A DNA stretch of 64,000 nucleotides from contig NC_058132.1 of the NCBI RefSeq assembly GCF_016433145.1, forward strand, positions 561,451,044-561,515,043, given 5' to 3'. Both the position numbers and the translations under genes were made by a program. The stretch is from Gracilinanus agilis. Taxonomy: Eukaryota. The notes beneath the pieces were generated by a model. That model saw nothing but the letters and a program-made list of their open reading frames with translations, did no database searches and was not told the origin of the DNA. Numbering within the stretch: position 1 is the first letter of the stretch; each line of letters opens with the position of its first letter. Shown one piece after another: positions 35,466 through 48,089 of this stretch.

Positions 35466-36709
35466 AGAATTAATTCTCTTCATTAAAATTGGATATCAGG
35501 AATATATAGACATCTTACCCATCATGACTCATGATTTAGGCTATAATAAATGTTCTATTTGGTATGACGGGAAAATTGAGTCTTTCCTGAACAAATTAAC
35601 AACAAATTTAATGTTAAAGTCTATAATTAAATTAAATCATACCTACATCTCAAAGTAATCAATTCTCTCTCAGAATAATATATAGCAAAGACTGAAAGCT
35701 TTCCTAGACAAAGATATATAGGTGGTATTTATTGAGTTAAATGAGAAACATTCATTATAACACTTTTGAGATTAGACAGGAAAGATTTCTTTTCATAAAT
35801 ATAAAAATCAGGTGAATCAGAGGAAGCTGCTATATTTTATGTTGCCATGCAAGCCTAAAAATTAGCCAAAGTTACTAGTAAATAGCAATGATATCTGTTT
35901 AAATTCTGGACCATTGGGGAAAAAAATAAGAAAATACTCCCTTTTTTTTGTAAATTCTCAAACAAAATTATATCAAGTAGCTAAGATGTCTACCTCTATG
36001 ATTGCCCTTCTGTAATTCATAGGGTTTATAGACAATATTGATATGACAATCTCTTTGAGGTATGCTCCCAACCTATGCTCAAATTCATGGTTTGGGATCT
36101 TTAGAAGGTGGCTAACTACCACTACTATTCTCTCAGGATTCTAAGGATAGGGAAACATAAAGGAATGTGCTTTTAGTGTTATTACTGTTTCTGAGCCTAC
36201 TCTGATATGCTCTCCAATAACAAGTAGCCAGGCAGATTTAACTAGTTTCTTTTAAAAGGTATTTGCTGAGATTATGGTAGCAAGAATAGGTGGTATAAAG
36301 CATTCTCCCCATTCCCAAAGCTTGAGATGCAATCTTCTACACAATCTGCAGATACACAGATAATGTGGGGAGGATGAGCTTAAACTTAGAGGACAATGTT
36401 TGGAAGTCACATGTGTAGAGAAGATATGTAGCAAAGGTGTGACCAACAATTCTGATAATGTAAGTCATTTTTTTCCCCTTTGTATAATCCTCAGGAAATT
36501 CCTCTTAGGTGTAAAGCTCTCCTAGGATCCAAGGACCTGTGTCTTTCTAGAGTCCCTAAATGACATTTCTTTTCATAACTAGCAGTTGCATTTCTAGAAG
36601 CTATCTTTCCTCCAGGAACAATGACTCTATCTCTGTTTTCCTCAGTCCCTCTTTCCCCTCTTAATGCAAATGCTTCTCCTTCTTTTGTTTACAACTATTT
36701 TAGGAGTCA

Positions 36710-36955
36710 GGAGACAGCTAGCTAGGTGGCTCTGTGCATTAGAGCATAGAGGAAGACATCTGAGTTCAATTTTAGTCTCACACTTTCACTAGCTGTTTTC
36801 ACAGATACCTAGACAAGTCACTCTATTTGCCTCAACTTATTGGAGAAGGAAAAGGCAAACAACTCCAGTATCTTTGCCAAGAAAATCCCATGGACAATGA
36901 TACTATGCTGTGGTCTACAAGGTCACAAAGTTGGACATGACAGAAGAACCAAACA
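36710..36955 (+). mobile_element. Mar1-type CORE-SINE
   Basis: gctaggtggc head; ctccagtatctttgccaagaaaatcccatgg...ggacatgac tail. Confidence 0.75.
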
Positions 36956-37305
36956 ACTAATGTTCCAGAAGGCACTGCAACTTCTACCATCATTCAGCTC
37001 CAACTAACAATGGGACCACTGATGGGACCTGTAGATTTTCTGAACTTACAAGGTTACTTGGAAACTTGTACCTTAGAAGACTCTTTTGCCCAAATCAGGA
37101 AATAATAAGTACGAAGAGAAGAAGGAAGCCACGTACTCAAAGATGAACTTTCAAATGGCCAAGTGGAAAGACAAGGAAGTCATGTCACCCAGTTCTTAGA
37201 GAGGCAGTCAAAGTAGTCTGTCCTATTCAGTACACAAAAAGAAAGATATATATATAAATATATATAGACATATATATGCACCGTGTTCCCTCTCAAAAGT
37301 CTCTG

Positions 37306-38053
37306 AGTCAATTTGGAATTATGCCTAAAGGGCTTTAAAAGACTGTCTGCCCTTTGACCCATCCATACCACTGCTGGGTTTATTATGCCCCAAGAGATCA
37401 TAGGGTAAAAGACATGTACAAAAATATTTATATCCTCGCTCTTTGTGGTGGCAAAAAAATTGGAAAATGAGGGGATGCCCTTCAATTGGGGAATGGCTGA
37501 ACAAAATGTGATATCTGTTGGCAATGGAATACTATTGTGCTTGAAGGAATAATGAACTGGAGGAATTCCATGTGAACTGGAAAGACCTCCAGGAATTGAT
37601 GCAGAGTGAAAGGAGCAGAACCAGGAGAACATTATACATAGAGGCTGATACTCTATGGTAAAATCGAATGTAATAGACTTCTCTACTAGCAGCAATGCAA
37701 TGATCCAGGACAATCCTGAGAGACTTAAGAAAGAATGCTATCCATATCCAGAGAAAGAACTGTGGGAGTAAAAACACAAAGAAAAAACAACTGCTTGAAA
37801 ACATGGTTCAATGGGGATGTGATTGGAAATGTAAACTCTAAGCAATCACCCTAGTGCAATTATCAATAATATGGAAATAGATCTTGATCAATGATATATA
37901 TAAAACCCAGTGGAATTGTGTGTCAGCTACAGGGGGAGAAGGGTGAGGTGTTGGAGTAGAGGGAAAGAATATGAATCATATAACCATGGAAAAAGAGTCT
38001 TAATTAAATAAATAAATGAAAGTTTTCAATGGAAAAAAAAATAAATAAAATTT
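37306..38053 (+). mobile_element. 5'-truncated L1
   Basis: ORF2 end plus 3' UTR and A-rich tail; 11-bp TSD aaaagtctctg. Confidence 0.92.
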
Positions 38054-38384
38054 AAAAGTCTCTGGGTTATCTAATCTTCCAGCTCAGCAGCCAATTGGGG
38101 GCTTCCCATAATCATACAGTAGAAAGCCCTCACATATATGCAACTGAATGCTGATGGGGATCTGCACACATTCAATATAACTTAGCTAGACCAGCAAATC
38201 AGAGCATGTTCTATGCCTTTGTTCCATTGCTATCGATAGCAAAAAACATCAGGGGAGTTTTCTCAGTGATTTCATCAACATAATCCAAAAACATCTGACA
38301 AACATTTATAAAAAGAATTTTTAATATATGCTGTCATTGGTCTGTTTAAGCTCTGAATAGCAAGAATAACAAGGCTAAAATTCT

Positions 38385-38640
38385 GTTGTTGTTATTGTTC
38401 AGTCACTTCCATTGTGTCTGACTCTTTGTGACCCCATGTGGGATTTTCTTGATATTGGAGTAATTTGTCATTTCCTTCTCCAGGTCATTTTACATATAAA
38501 GAAACTGAGGCAAACAGGATCAAATGACTTGTCCAGTGTCATAACTAGTAAGTTTCTAAGGTCAAGTTCAAACTCTCGAAGTTGAGTCTTTCTGACTCGA
38601 GGCCTGACACAGTATCTGCCGAGTCCCCTAGCTAGCCCAG
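38385..38640 (-). mobile_element. Mar1-type CORE-SINE
   Basis: ttgttcagtcacttcc...gactctttgtgacccc...aaactgaggcaaacagg. Confidence 0.8.
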
Positions 38641-38944
38641 AAAACTTATTTTAGCTACTCTAAATGAAAATCTTTCTAATATGTATCAAACTTACCTACT
38701 TACCTTCTTTGGATTCCAAGCCCAGTGATTATTGCACTGTATTTCCCTCAATGACTTCAATTTTTGATGTTTATAATGATAACTCAACTAGAATAATGTA
38801 AATCAGTCATATAATCTTCCAGCTCAACAACCAATTAGGGACTCTCCATAATCATACAGTAAAAGCCCCTCAGAAATGCTCAATTAAATGCTAGTTGGCT
38901 AGAACCAACTCATATCCGAAAACCAATTGTTAAATTTTCGATGT

Positions 38945-39072
38945 NNNNNNNNNNNNNNNNNNNNNNNNNNNNNNNNNNNNNNNNNNNNNNNNNNNNNNNN
39001 NNNNNNNNNNNNNNNNNNNNNNNNNNNNNNNNNNNNNNNNNNNNNNNNNNNNNNNNNNNNNNNNNNNNNNNN
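38945..39072. other. Assembly gap, 128 N
   Basis: N run. Confidence 0.99.
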
Positions 39073-39273
39073 TAGCAGGAGAAAAGGGAAAGCTGATTGC
39101 TAAACATTTACCAAAACTTGGGAAAACTCTGCTTAGATTATTCTAAGGCAGGGGAGTATTTAATACATTTTAGGAAATTTCTATCTAAGATGGATAATAT
39201 ATCAAATGTGTAAATTTAAAGTAATAAACTATATTAATTTCACATTTTTACTTATAAGACATGAAGGAAGGAG

Positions 39274-39500
39274 GCAGAGATGTGCTGGTAAATTCTTAAC
39301 AATCTGTGTTCCAGATTGTTATATACAACACACTTTTAAATTTAATCTTCTTTATTGACTTTTTTTTCCACCATTTTCTTAGGTATAGTTGATTAACAAA
39401 ATAATAAATCAAGTCAGGATTTGTAACCTTTGCTGATTTCACTAACAATTTAATAATCAGCTCTCACGTCTATTTCTAACTGGCTTGAGCACACCTTTGA
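39274..39500 (+). mobile_element. MER63-like hAT-Blackjack relic
   Basis: gatgtgctggtaaattcttaacaa start; taataatcagctctc...ctggcttgagcacacc end. Confidence 0.6.
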
Positions 39501-39569
39501 ATATAATGTATGAAGAAATACAAGTAGCTGGAAGTCTAGTATCCAATTTCTTTCATATATATACCTGGC

Positions 39570-39683
39570 ATTTTTTAAAATTCTTACTTTCTGGCTTAAT
39601 AACAACTCTAAGATAGAAGGGCAAGAGCAAGGCAAATGAGGTTAAGTGACTTGCCCAGGGTCATGCAACAAGGAAATACCTGT
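39570..39683 (-). mobile_element. Marsupial CORE-SINE fragment
   Basis: cttactttctggctt...gagg ttaagtgacttgcccagggtc. Confidence 0.65.
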
Positions 39684-39867
39684 CATTTCTTGACCACACA
39701 CCAATAGATAGCAGAGAAAAGCTACCCTATAGATGTTAGCTCACAAAGAAAAACTAATGTCAAGTAGAAACTTGGCCACTACAATGTATTAAGTAACTCA
39801 TATACAGAAGATTCCAGAAATGCTTGTATTCCTCCTTCAGGAACCCCTTAGGATGGGAAACAAGGGG

Positions 39868-40025
39868 CATAGCACATAGATAACAGGGCAGAGTCAAAAA
39901 GACCTAAATTCATATCTTGCCTCTATCACTTACTAGGTATGTGACCATGAACAAATCACTTAATTTTCCCTTAGCCCCAGTTTCCTGTAAAATGACTCCT
40001 GTCTGTTTTTCCCACTTTTAGCTTT
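39868..40025 (+). mobile_element. MIR fragment
   Basis: gtgtgaccatgaacaaatcactt-like core, cagtttcctgtaaaatg. Confidence 0.6.
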
Positions 40026-40209
40026 GATTCTGTGGAGTTATTTTTGGTTGTTTGTGGGGGGATATTAGGGCAAGAAAACTTTATACCCTACTCTGCCCAC
40101 AATGAATCTTCCCACAATGAATCTTCAATATTTATTACAAAATAATATCCTTAAAGAATCAGTGAGTTCTAGAATTTGAAAGGTCTCAGTGTATAATCAA
40201 GAGTTTGAA

Positions 40210-40425
40210 ATTTTAAAAAATATTTAGCATTTAGAGAGTGTTTTAAGATTTGCAAAGTGCTTTATTCATACTATATCTCATTTAATGCTCACCACAGCTC
40301 TGCAAGGTAGGTTCCTTATTTTACAGATGAGGAAACTGAGCCTGGAGGAGCAAATGACTTACCCATGGTCACACAATAATTATCTAAGGCAGGATTTGAA
40401 CTTAAGTCTTCCTGACTCCCATGCT
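40210..40425 (-). mobile_element. MIR
   Basis: tttgcaaagtgcttt...attttacagatgaggaaactgag...atttgaacttaagtcttcctgactcc. Confidence 0.8.
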
Positions 40426-40499
40426 CTGGCATCCTCTTGGCTTCATCCCTGACAAGTGGTCATCTAATTCTCCTTAAGAAGTGAAGACTGGAGGACCCT

Positions 40500-40925
40500 T
40501 CATATACTCTACCAAATGAGCCCTTAAAGGGAAAATGCAGAATCTAGTAGGAAGTTTATTACTAAGCAATAATAAGTCTTACCCAAGAATAACTGACAAG
40601 CCTTGGAAACCAAGTTAAAGAAGATGCCATCAGGGAATCAAAGTATAGAGAAAAATGTGTGTCGGCATATGTCTCTTAGATTGTTTAATTAAAATCCTGG
40701 GAAAACTTGAAAAAATACCCTTAACCCCCCCAAAAAAACTCCCCCCCTTCCATAAATCTCTGTGCATTTTATTTTTCTTTAATAAACATTTGAACTAGAA
40801 CTTGTGACTATTCCTTTGTTTGTTTGCTCTGAGTTGTGGGCTAACAGAGGCTCACGGCAGCCTGGTTACTGCTGGCAGGATTAAAGGTAATAGATAGCTT
40901 AGGGAATGGAGAGAGGGGCTAAACA
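40500..40925. mobile_element. Possible old LTR fragment
   Basis: LTR-like order (C-rich tract, aataaac, U5-like tail); no TSD found. Confidence 0.25.
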
Positions 40926-41581
40926 TCTCTCCAAGTCAGACAATTAAAACCAGACACAGACATAGTAAACTACGTGGTTTTCTAGGACACAGACAGAAAG
41001 AAGTCAGGTAAATTAAGTTGGGGGATGGGGAGGAACAAAAGGAAAATAAAAATAATTATTTGTTATTTCAGTTGCCAAAACAAACCATATTATTTTCATG
41101 CTGTGAAAAATGCACTGAAAAGATGTCAAATATATGAAAGAAAAACATGGAGAGGTAACCTCTCCTCAAACAACCCATATCTGTTATAAATGAAATTGTT
41201 CCCATGATTCTGAGTGACTGGGATTTCAAACTCCTGCACTCACACTAGAAGTGTTTGCCCAGGTTTATAATTGTGTTTTGACCTGACAAGTGTACATACT
41301 GTGGTTTATTGTTGGGTGTTTTTTTTTCACATTCAGCTTCAAAAACATCATCTGTTCTATCTGTGCCTGATGAGAGCAATTAGAGTTTGACATGGTTGAA
41401 AGGAGGCTGGGGATAAAAAATGGGTGGTAGAATGGCCTCCCATCTTAAGGCTAACAAGCCAGAAGACCTGAGCAAATTGTGGGATCTCTTTCCAGATTCT
41501 GTGAGGAAAATGTATCCCAGTCTAACCTCAGGTGATAAATAAATCAGAGTGAATAAATGCATTTATTAAAAGTTAGGGAGC

Positions 41582-41762
41582 AGGGAGACAGCTAGGTGGC
41601 TCAGAGGATAGAGAGCCATGGCTAACGACAGGAGATCCTGGGTTCATATGTGACCTCTGGGCAAGTCATTTAACTCCAGGTGCCTAGCTCTTACAACTAT
41701 TCTGCCCTAGAACAGATTCTTAGTAGTGATTCTAGGATAGATAGAGGTAAGGTATTTTTTTT
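41582..41762 (+). mobile_element. Older SINE1-type SINE
   Basis: cagctaggtggctcag head, gaggtaagg tail. Confidence 0.7.
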
Positions 41763-41917
41763 AAGTTTATTGGGGGATAGGACCCTGGCCAAGTCACTCA
41801 ACTCTATTTGCCTCACCCTTGCCCTTCTGTTTTAGAGTTCTTCCAAAAACAGAAAGTAAGGATGGTTTTTTTAGAGAGTTTATTATGCACAAAGCTTGTT
41901 ATTTTTAAGAAGCTTAT

Positions 41918-43140
41918 ATTTTATCAATAGATGCAGAAAAAGCCTTTGAAAAAATAGAACATTCATTCCTGTTAAAAATACTGGAAAGGGGGCAGCTGGG
42001 TAGCTCAGTGGAATGAGAGTCAGGCCTAGAGACTGGAGGTCCTAGGTTCAAACCCGGCCTCAGCCACTTCCCAGCTGTGTGACCCTGGACAAGTCACTTG
42101 ACCCCCATTGCCCACCCTTACCAATCTTCCACCTATGAGACAATACACCGAAGTACAAGGGTTTAAAAAAAAAATACTGGAAAGCACAAGTATAAATGGA
42201 TTTTTTTTCTACCTAAAACATCAGCAAAGATTATCTGCAATGGGGAGAAGCCAGAAGATTCCCAATAAGATCATAAATGAAACAAGGATGCCCATTATCA
42301 CCAACGGTATTTAACAATATTAGAAATGCTAGCCATAGCAATGAGGGGAAAAAAGAAATTGAAGGAATCAGAATCGGCAAAGAGGTATTAAAACTATTTC
42401 TCTTTGCTGATGACATGATGATATACGTGGAAATCCTAGAAATTCAACTAAAAAATTAGTTGAAACTATCAATTTTAGCAAAGTAGAAGTATATAAAATA
42501 AATCATCAGCATTTTATATATTAATGACTAAATCCTACAAAAAGAGATAGAAAGTGATACTTCACTTAAAATAACCACAGATAGAATAAAATTCCTGGGA
42601 GTATACCTGCCAAAATAAACCCAGAAACTACGTGAATATAATTATAAAACACTTTTTATACAAATTAAGTCAGATCTAAATAAATGGAGAAATATTAATT
42701 ATTTGTGGATGGGCAGAGCCAATATAATTAAAATTACAGTCCTTCCTAATCTAGTTATCCAAAGCCATCCCAATTAAATTACTAAAAAATTATTTTATTG
42801 AGTTAGAAAAAATAGTAACAAAATTCATTTGAAAGAATAAAAGAACAAGAATATCAAAGAAATTAATGAGGGAGGGGGACATAAAGGAAAGAGGTCTAAC
42901 AGTACCAGATTTTAAATTGTATTAAAGAACAGTAATTATCAAAAATTTCTGCTACTGGCTAAAAATTGGGAAGGTAGACCAGTGAACAGAAAAGACATGC
43001 AACAAATAGCATTAAAAGATTATAGTAATCTGGTATATTATAAAAAAACATAGATACAGCATTTGGGGTTAGGAAATCACTCTGGAAAAAATTGCTGGGA
43101 TAACTGGAAACTAATGTGGCAGAAATTAGGTACAGACTTG
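41918..43140 (+). mobile_element. Degraded L1 ORF2 (RT region) with SINE insertion
   Basis: SIDAEKAF, KQGCPLSP, LFADDM motifs with frameshifts. Confidence 0.9.
41988..42169 (+). mobile_element. Young SINE1-type variant with a short tail
   Basis: Exact 14-bp TSD aaaaatactggaaa; CpGs retained. Confidence 0.92.
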
Positions 43141-43234
43141 AGGTGAAAAGAGCCTGCACCAGGGTGATTGAAGTGTCAGAACAGGAAAGAGAGTATATGC
43201 ACAAGAGAGATATTAGGGAAAAGAAAGAAAATGA

Positions 43235-43460
43235 GCATTTATGTAGTGCCTACTATGTAAACTAAACTAAACACTATTTTTAAAATAAGTATCATTTCAT
43301 TTGATCCTCATTACAACCCTATGAGATAGGTATTATTATTATCCCTGTTTTGTAGTTGAGGTACTGAGGCAAATAGAAGTTAAATGACTTGCCTAGGGTC
43401 ACAGAGCTAGTATCTAAGACTGCATTCAAACTCAGTCTTGTTGACTCTTTCCACTGTTCC
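43235..43460 (-). mobile_element. MIR inside an L2 remnant
   Basis: catttgatcctcattacaaccctatgagatagg...tgacttgcctagggtcacag. Confidence 0.75.
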
Positions 43461-43652
43461 TAAGCATTAGGAAGGTAGAAAACTTTGGAGATAGGATATT
43501 ATGGAGAGGGAGGCATCCATAATGATACCTACATTTGAACCTGGATGACTAAGTGGAAAATTAGGAAGAAGAGAGGACTTGATTGTGGTGAAGCAAAACT
43601 GAAGTCTTTCCCAAAAAATAGTGAGCCAGGACAAAAATTCATCAAAACTGCA

Positions 43653-44676
43653 AATACAAGGAGTTAAATCAATTGTATAAAAAATCAAGCCATTCCCCAA
43701 TTGATAAATGGGCAAGAGACATGAATAGGCAATTTTCAGGTAAAGAAATCAAAAGTATCAATAAGCACATGAGAAAGTGTTCCAAATCTCTAATAATTAG
43801 AGAAATGCAAATCAAAACAACTCTGAGGTATCACCTCACACCTAGCAGATTGGCTAAAGTGAAAGAAGGGGAGAACAATGAATGCTGGAGGGGATGTGGC
43901 AAAATTGGGACATTAATGCATTGCTGGTGGAGTTGTGAACTGATCAAACCATTCTGGCTGGCAATTTGGAATCATGCTCAAAGGGCTATAAAAGAATGCC
44001 TGCCCTTTGATCCAGCCATACCATTGTTGGGTTTGTACCCCAAAGAGATCATAAATAAACAGAATTATACAAAAATATTTATAGCTGCGCTTTTTGTGGT
44101 GGCAAAAAAACTGGAAAAGGAGGGTATGCCCTTCAATTGGGGAATGGCTGAACAAATTATGGTATATGCTGGTGATGGAATACTATTGTGCTAAAAGGAA
44201 TAATAAACTGGAGGAATTCCATGTGAACTGGAAAGACCTCCAGGAACTGATGCAGAACGAAAGGAGCAGAACCAGAAGAACACTGTACACAGAGACTGAT
44301 ATACTATGGTAAAATCGAATGCAATGGACTTCTGTACCAGCAGCAATGCAATGACCCAGGACAATTCTGAGGGATTTATGGTAAAGAACACTACCCACAT
44401 TCAGAGGAAGAACTGCAGGAGAGGAAACATATAAGAAAAACAACTGCTTGAACCCATGGGTTGGGGTGGACATGATTGGAGTTGTAGACTTGAAACTACC
44501 ACATCAGTGCAACTATCAACAATTTGGAAATAGGTCTTGATCAATGACACATGATAAAACCAGTGGAAATGTGCGTCGGCCATGGGTAGGGGGAGTGAGG
44601 GGGGTGAAGGGGAAAGTAGGAGCATGAATCATGTAACCATGTTAAAAATGAATATTAATAAATGTTTAAATTTTTA
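43653..44676 (+). mobile_element. Young 5'-truncated L1
   Basis: Long ORF2 C-terminal reading frame, 3' UTR, 9-bp TSD aaaactgca. Confidence 0.95.
43673..44194 (+). pseudogene. L1 ORF2 C-terminal fragment with CCHC knuckle
   Basis: IKTTLRYHLTP...CWRGCGKIGTLMHCWWSC...PFDPAIPLLGLYP. Confidence 0.9.
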
Positions 44677-44868
44677 AAAACTGCATAGCAGGAACAAGGG
44701 ACAGAAATTCTGGAGATCAGATGTTGAAATCGAAGTAAGAAACCTTTGTGAGGGAATTGTGTTTTTTTGTTTATATTTCTTTTGTTTTTTCCCCTATGTA
44801 GTTTATGTGCATCTATAAGAGTCTGTCTAAATGTGGTGCACAGGTAGGCAAGATAGATATTTCTAGCA

Positions 44869-45346
44869 CAGTAAATGCAAATCTATGGCATGTGTGCCAA
44901 AGATAGCATGTAGAGCACTCTCTGTGGGCACATGCACCACTCTCTCCCCCCACCCCAGCCAAGAGTTCGTTTCTAGAAAGGAAGAGGGACTCTGGAGGAG
45001 CTGCTTCCTTCCCCCTTTTCACCCAGACTGATGACATTTTTTCACTTCACCCATCCCTCTGCCCAGCAGCCCAAAGGGAACACTTCCTCCCTACCCTGTC
45101 TGGGGTAAAGTGGGTGGCTGACAAGCAGCAGAGCTGGAGGGGAGGGGAACACTTGGGCCACTTCCTTTCCCCTCTCTACACTTGCTGAGGACAGTCCTCA
45201 TTTCACCTGCTCCTCTGCTCAGTAGTCCAGTGGGAGAGCTTTCTCCCTCCCCTGTGTGGGGAAAGGGCAGGCAGGATTCCCCAAGCACTTAGTGGGGGTG
45301 TAGAGCATGGCATGGAAGACCATCTCTAAAAGGTTCACCATCACTG
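44869..45346 (+). mobile_element. Non-autonomous hAT transposon, 478 bp
   Basis: Ends cagtaaatgcaaatc / aggttcaccatcactg; exact 8-bp TSD ttctagca. Confidence 0.9.
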
Positions 45347-47164
45347 TTCTAGCATCTATATCCCACCCTTCCCGAATGGAAACCTTGATTCCTCAGGAGA
45401 AACAAGAGGTTTAAACCAGAAGGTGGCACTGATCTCCTCAGGTAGAAAGGGCTATTAAGCTAGAATTAAGCATATCTGTTCCCTTAAATATTGTTAATCA
45501 ATGAGAAGTATTTTTTAGGTTCACACTGTACTCCTGATTGCTACTCCTTAAAAGGGAGAAGTATCCAAGGCTTGATTCCTTTCCTACCAAATACAAGTTC
45601 TATAATGAACATATATAGCAATAGCAAATAAATCCACTTAACTAGGTGGATAGCAAAATAGAAATCAAAGAAAGTATGCATATGAAAATATGCCAGTCAG
45701 AATAGAGTGAATGAGTTCTCCATTTGGGAGTGAGATAACTCAGATCAAATGAGCAAGAATCTCAGATGTCACCCAAGAAGAAATATTCCACACTCTAATA
45801 ATGTAATAAGCTGATCAAGATACCAGCTCCTCTACATATTGGCTTCTTCCCAGAGTCTTTCTTTCATTTCAGGAATCTGATGAGAGTCTGAAACCATGGA
45901 TCATCTCTCTAAGCTATCTTCTCCCAAAACTCTTACTAACTACCTCCCATGGAGGAACAGAGTATTGAATAAGCAGCCCTCACCCTAGAGGAGAATCTTA
46001 TGCAAAAAGCCTTTGAGCCAAAGGTTCCATTGGAAAGGTGGTTGATGAAGTCATGGAGGAAATGTTATAAAATACTCTCCAGTTCTAAAATTCTAAGTGA
46101 CAATATGTGACTTTCCTGAAGATTTAGTTTTAAGAATTAATAAATCTTAAATCTCAAAAGAATAATGTAATCCAACCACATCACTTTGTAGATGAGTCCT
46201 AAGATCAAGCATGGTATAAACTATAAAGTAACTTAAATTTGAATTTATGCTCAAATGTCACTGCACCAGAACCCTCACAGCATCTGTTTATGTAAAAATA
46301 ACAACCTAGGCAATAGTTCCTGCCACCTTAGTCAGTCACCTCGTCATACCATATTTGTTGTTTTGCATTGTATAGGCTTTTGAAGTTTTCATTATTCATA
46401 AATAAACATTTATTAATCTCTGGCAGCAAAACCAAATTCAAATGTAGTATTTACCCCAGTGTGTTTATTTTTGCAATAACAAAAGGATCAGGAGAAAGCT
46501 CTTACAGTCAACAAGGATGCAATGAAAAGACACATAGCCTTGTGGCAGAATAATATGATGGGGTGGGGGGGGGGGAGGGATTTCAAAAAATGTTAGGACT
46601 CTGGATTACTGGAGGCAGTTTGAAGGTCAAGGAGATGATGGGTAAGTTACATAGGGAGAAAAACAATTACTACACTAGTCCAGGCCCTAATTACTCTCCC
46701 TTAGACTATTGTAATTGACTCCTAATTATTCTCCCAGTTTTATATGTCTCCCCCACTCTAATCATTCTCTTTATTTTTTCTTTCAAAATTAGTCACATGG
46801 CTTATTTTGCTTTATGTAATCCACAAATGGTTGCTTGAATTTCTTTATGCTCTTTAACTCTTTCTTATTTAAATTTATTTGTTTTGTTACATTAAAATAC
46901 CCAGGTAACTCCCTCCCTTCCTCTCCTCTACTTATAACTTTTTGTCATTATCATGCTTTTTCCAGTCTTTCTCCTTACAACCCTCAAATTTACATAGCAC
47001 TTAGCACACAGTGCCTAGCATATAGTAGGCGCTTGACAAATTTTTATTGATTGATATATATACACACACATATATTTATGTTGTTGTTTCTCAACATATA
47101 CGTATGTAAGTGATGTACTTATTTGTATAAATATGTGTGTGTGAACTTACATATACTGGCAAAT

Positions 47165-47217
47165 AGAGAGATAGACAGAAAGACATACAGACAGACAGAC
47201 AGACAGATACATAGACA
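47165..47217. repeat. (AGAC/AGAT)n microsatellite
   Basis: acagacagacagacagacagatac. Confidence 0.8.
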
Positions 47218-47219
47218 GT

Positions 47220-47345
47220 TGAAATCCTTCAGAATATAAGCTCCTTGAAGGCAGGCACTAATTTTCTTTTGGATTTGTATCCCAAATGCCTACCAAAGTC
47301 TAAGTGTGTAGTAGGTGCTTAATAAATGCTTATTGATTGATTGAT
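47220..47345 (+). mobile_element. L2 3' end
   Basis: aagctccttgaaggcagg...gtaggtgcttaataaatgcttattgattga. Confidence 0.75.
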
Positions 47346-48089
47346 AGATGGAGTTATCCATCTCTAGCTTTACTAATCCCACAGGATAATAAATAGCAGA
47401 CTACACTATCTAAAGAGGTTATGAGCCACTGACAATAGTTGTTTGATTGGAAATGGCAAATAAGAATTTAAGATCATCATTTTTTATATTTCTCATCATG
47501 ATGAGTAGCTACAGATCACAGAATTGAGATACTCCTATGAGAAATGTGGGATCTGAACACAGGTCAAGTCAATCTTATTCCAGGTTTTACATTCTTTCAA
47601 CTCCACCAGAGTGGCTTTCCTTATGATGATATCTTGTTTCATACTTCTTTGAATGTCCTTATAGAGGTTATTGAAAGACTTATTTAATTTTCTATTCTAT
47701 AGCAAATGTGATTCAAGGGAAATTGCATAATATTTCATTGATTTCTATTATTTATTATTTATTTATTTCTATTATTATTTTTCATAAGGGAAAGGGACTT
47801 AAAACTAGGGAACGTGTCTTTTCTGTGTCCTAAAGTCATCCATCCCAAAGTGCCTATTAGAGAGTTATATGACCCATGAATGTCCATGAAACTCTAATTG
47901 ATGGTGGTGGCTCTTAAGACAGTGTGCTCTCCCTGACCAGTACCTAGTCTTAAAATACTCTTCTGAGCTTGGTTGAATAGTGAAGCAAGAAAAAAAGAGG
48001 AAATTTCATTCTCTAATAAATGTGAGTGATCAGTTTTTAAGTCTCCTGTTTTCTCCAGTGTATTAAAGCTTCAAACACTGACACATGCA

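Noticed and set aside
46560-46579. G-quadruplex-capable G run
   Set aside because: Isolated homopolymer with no context suggesting function
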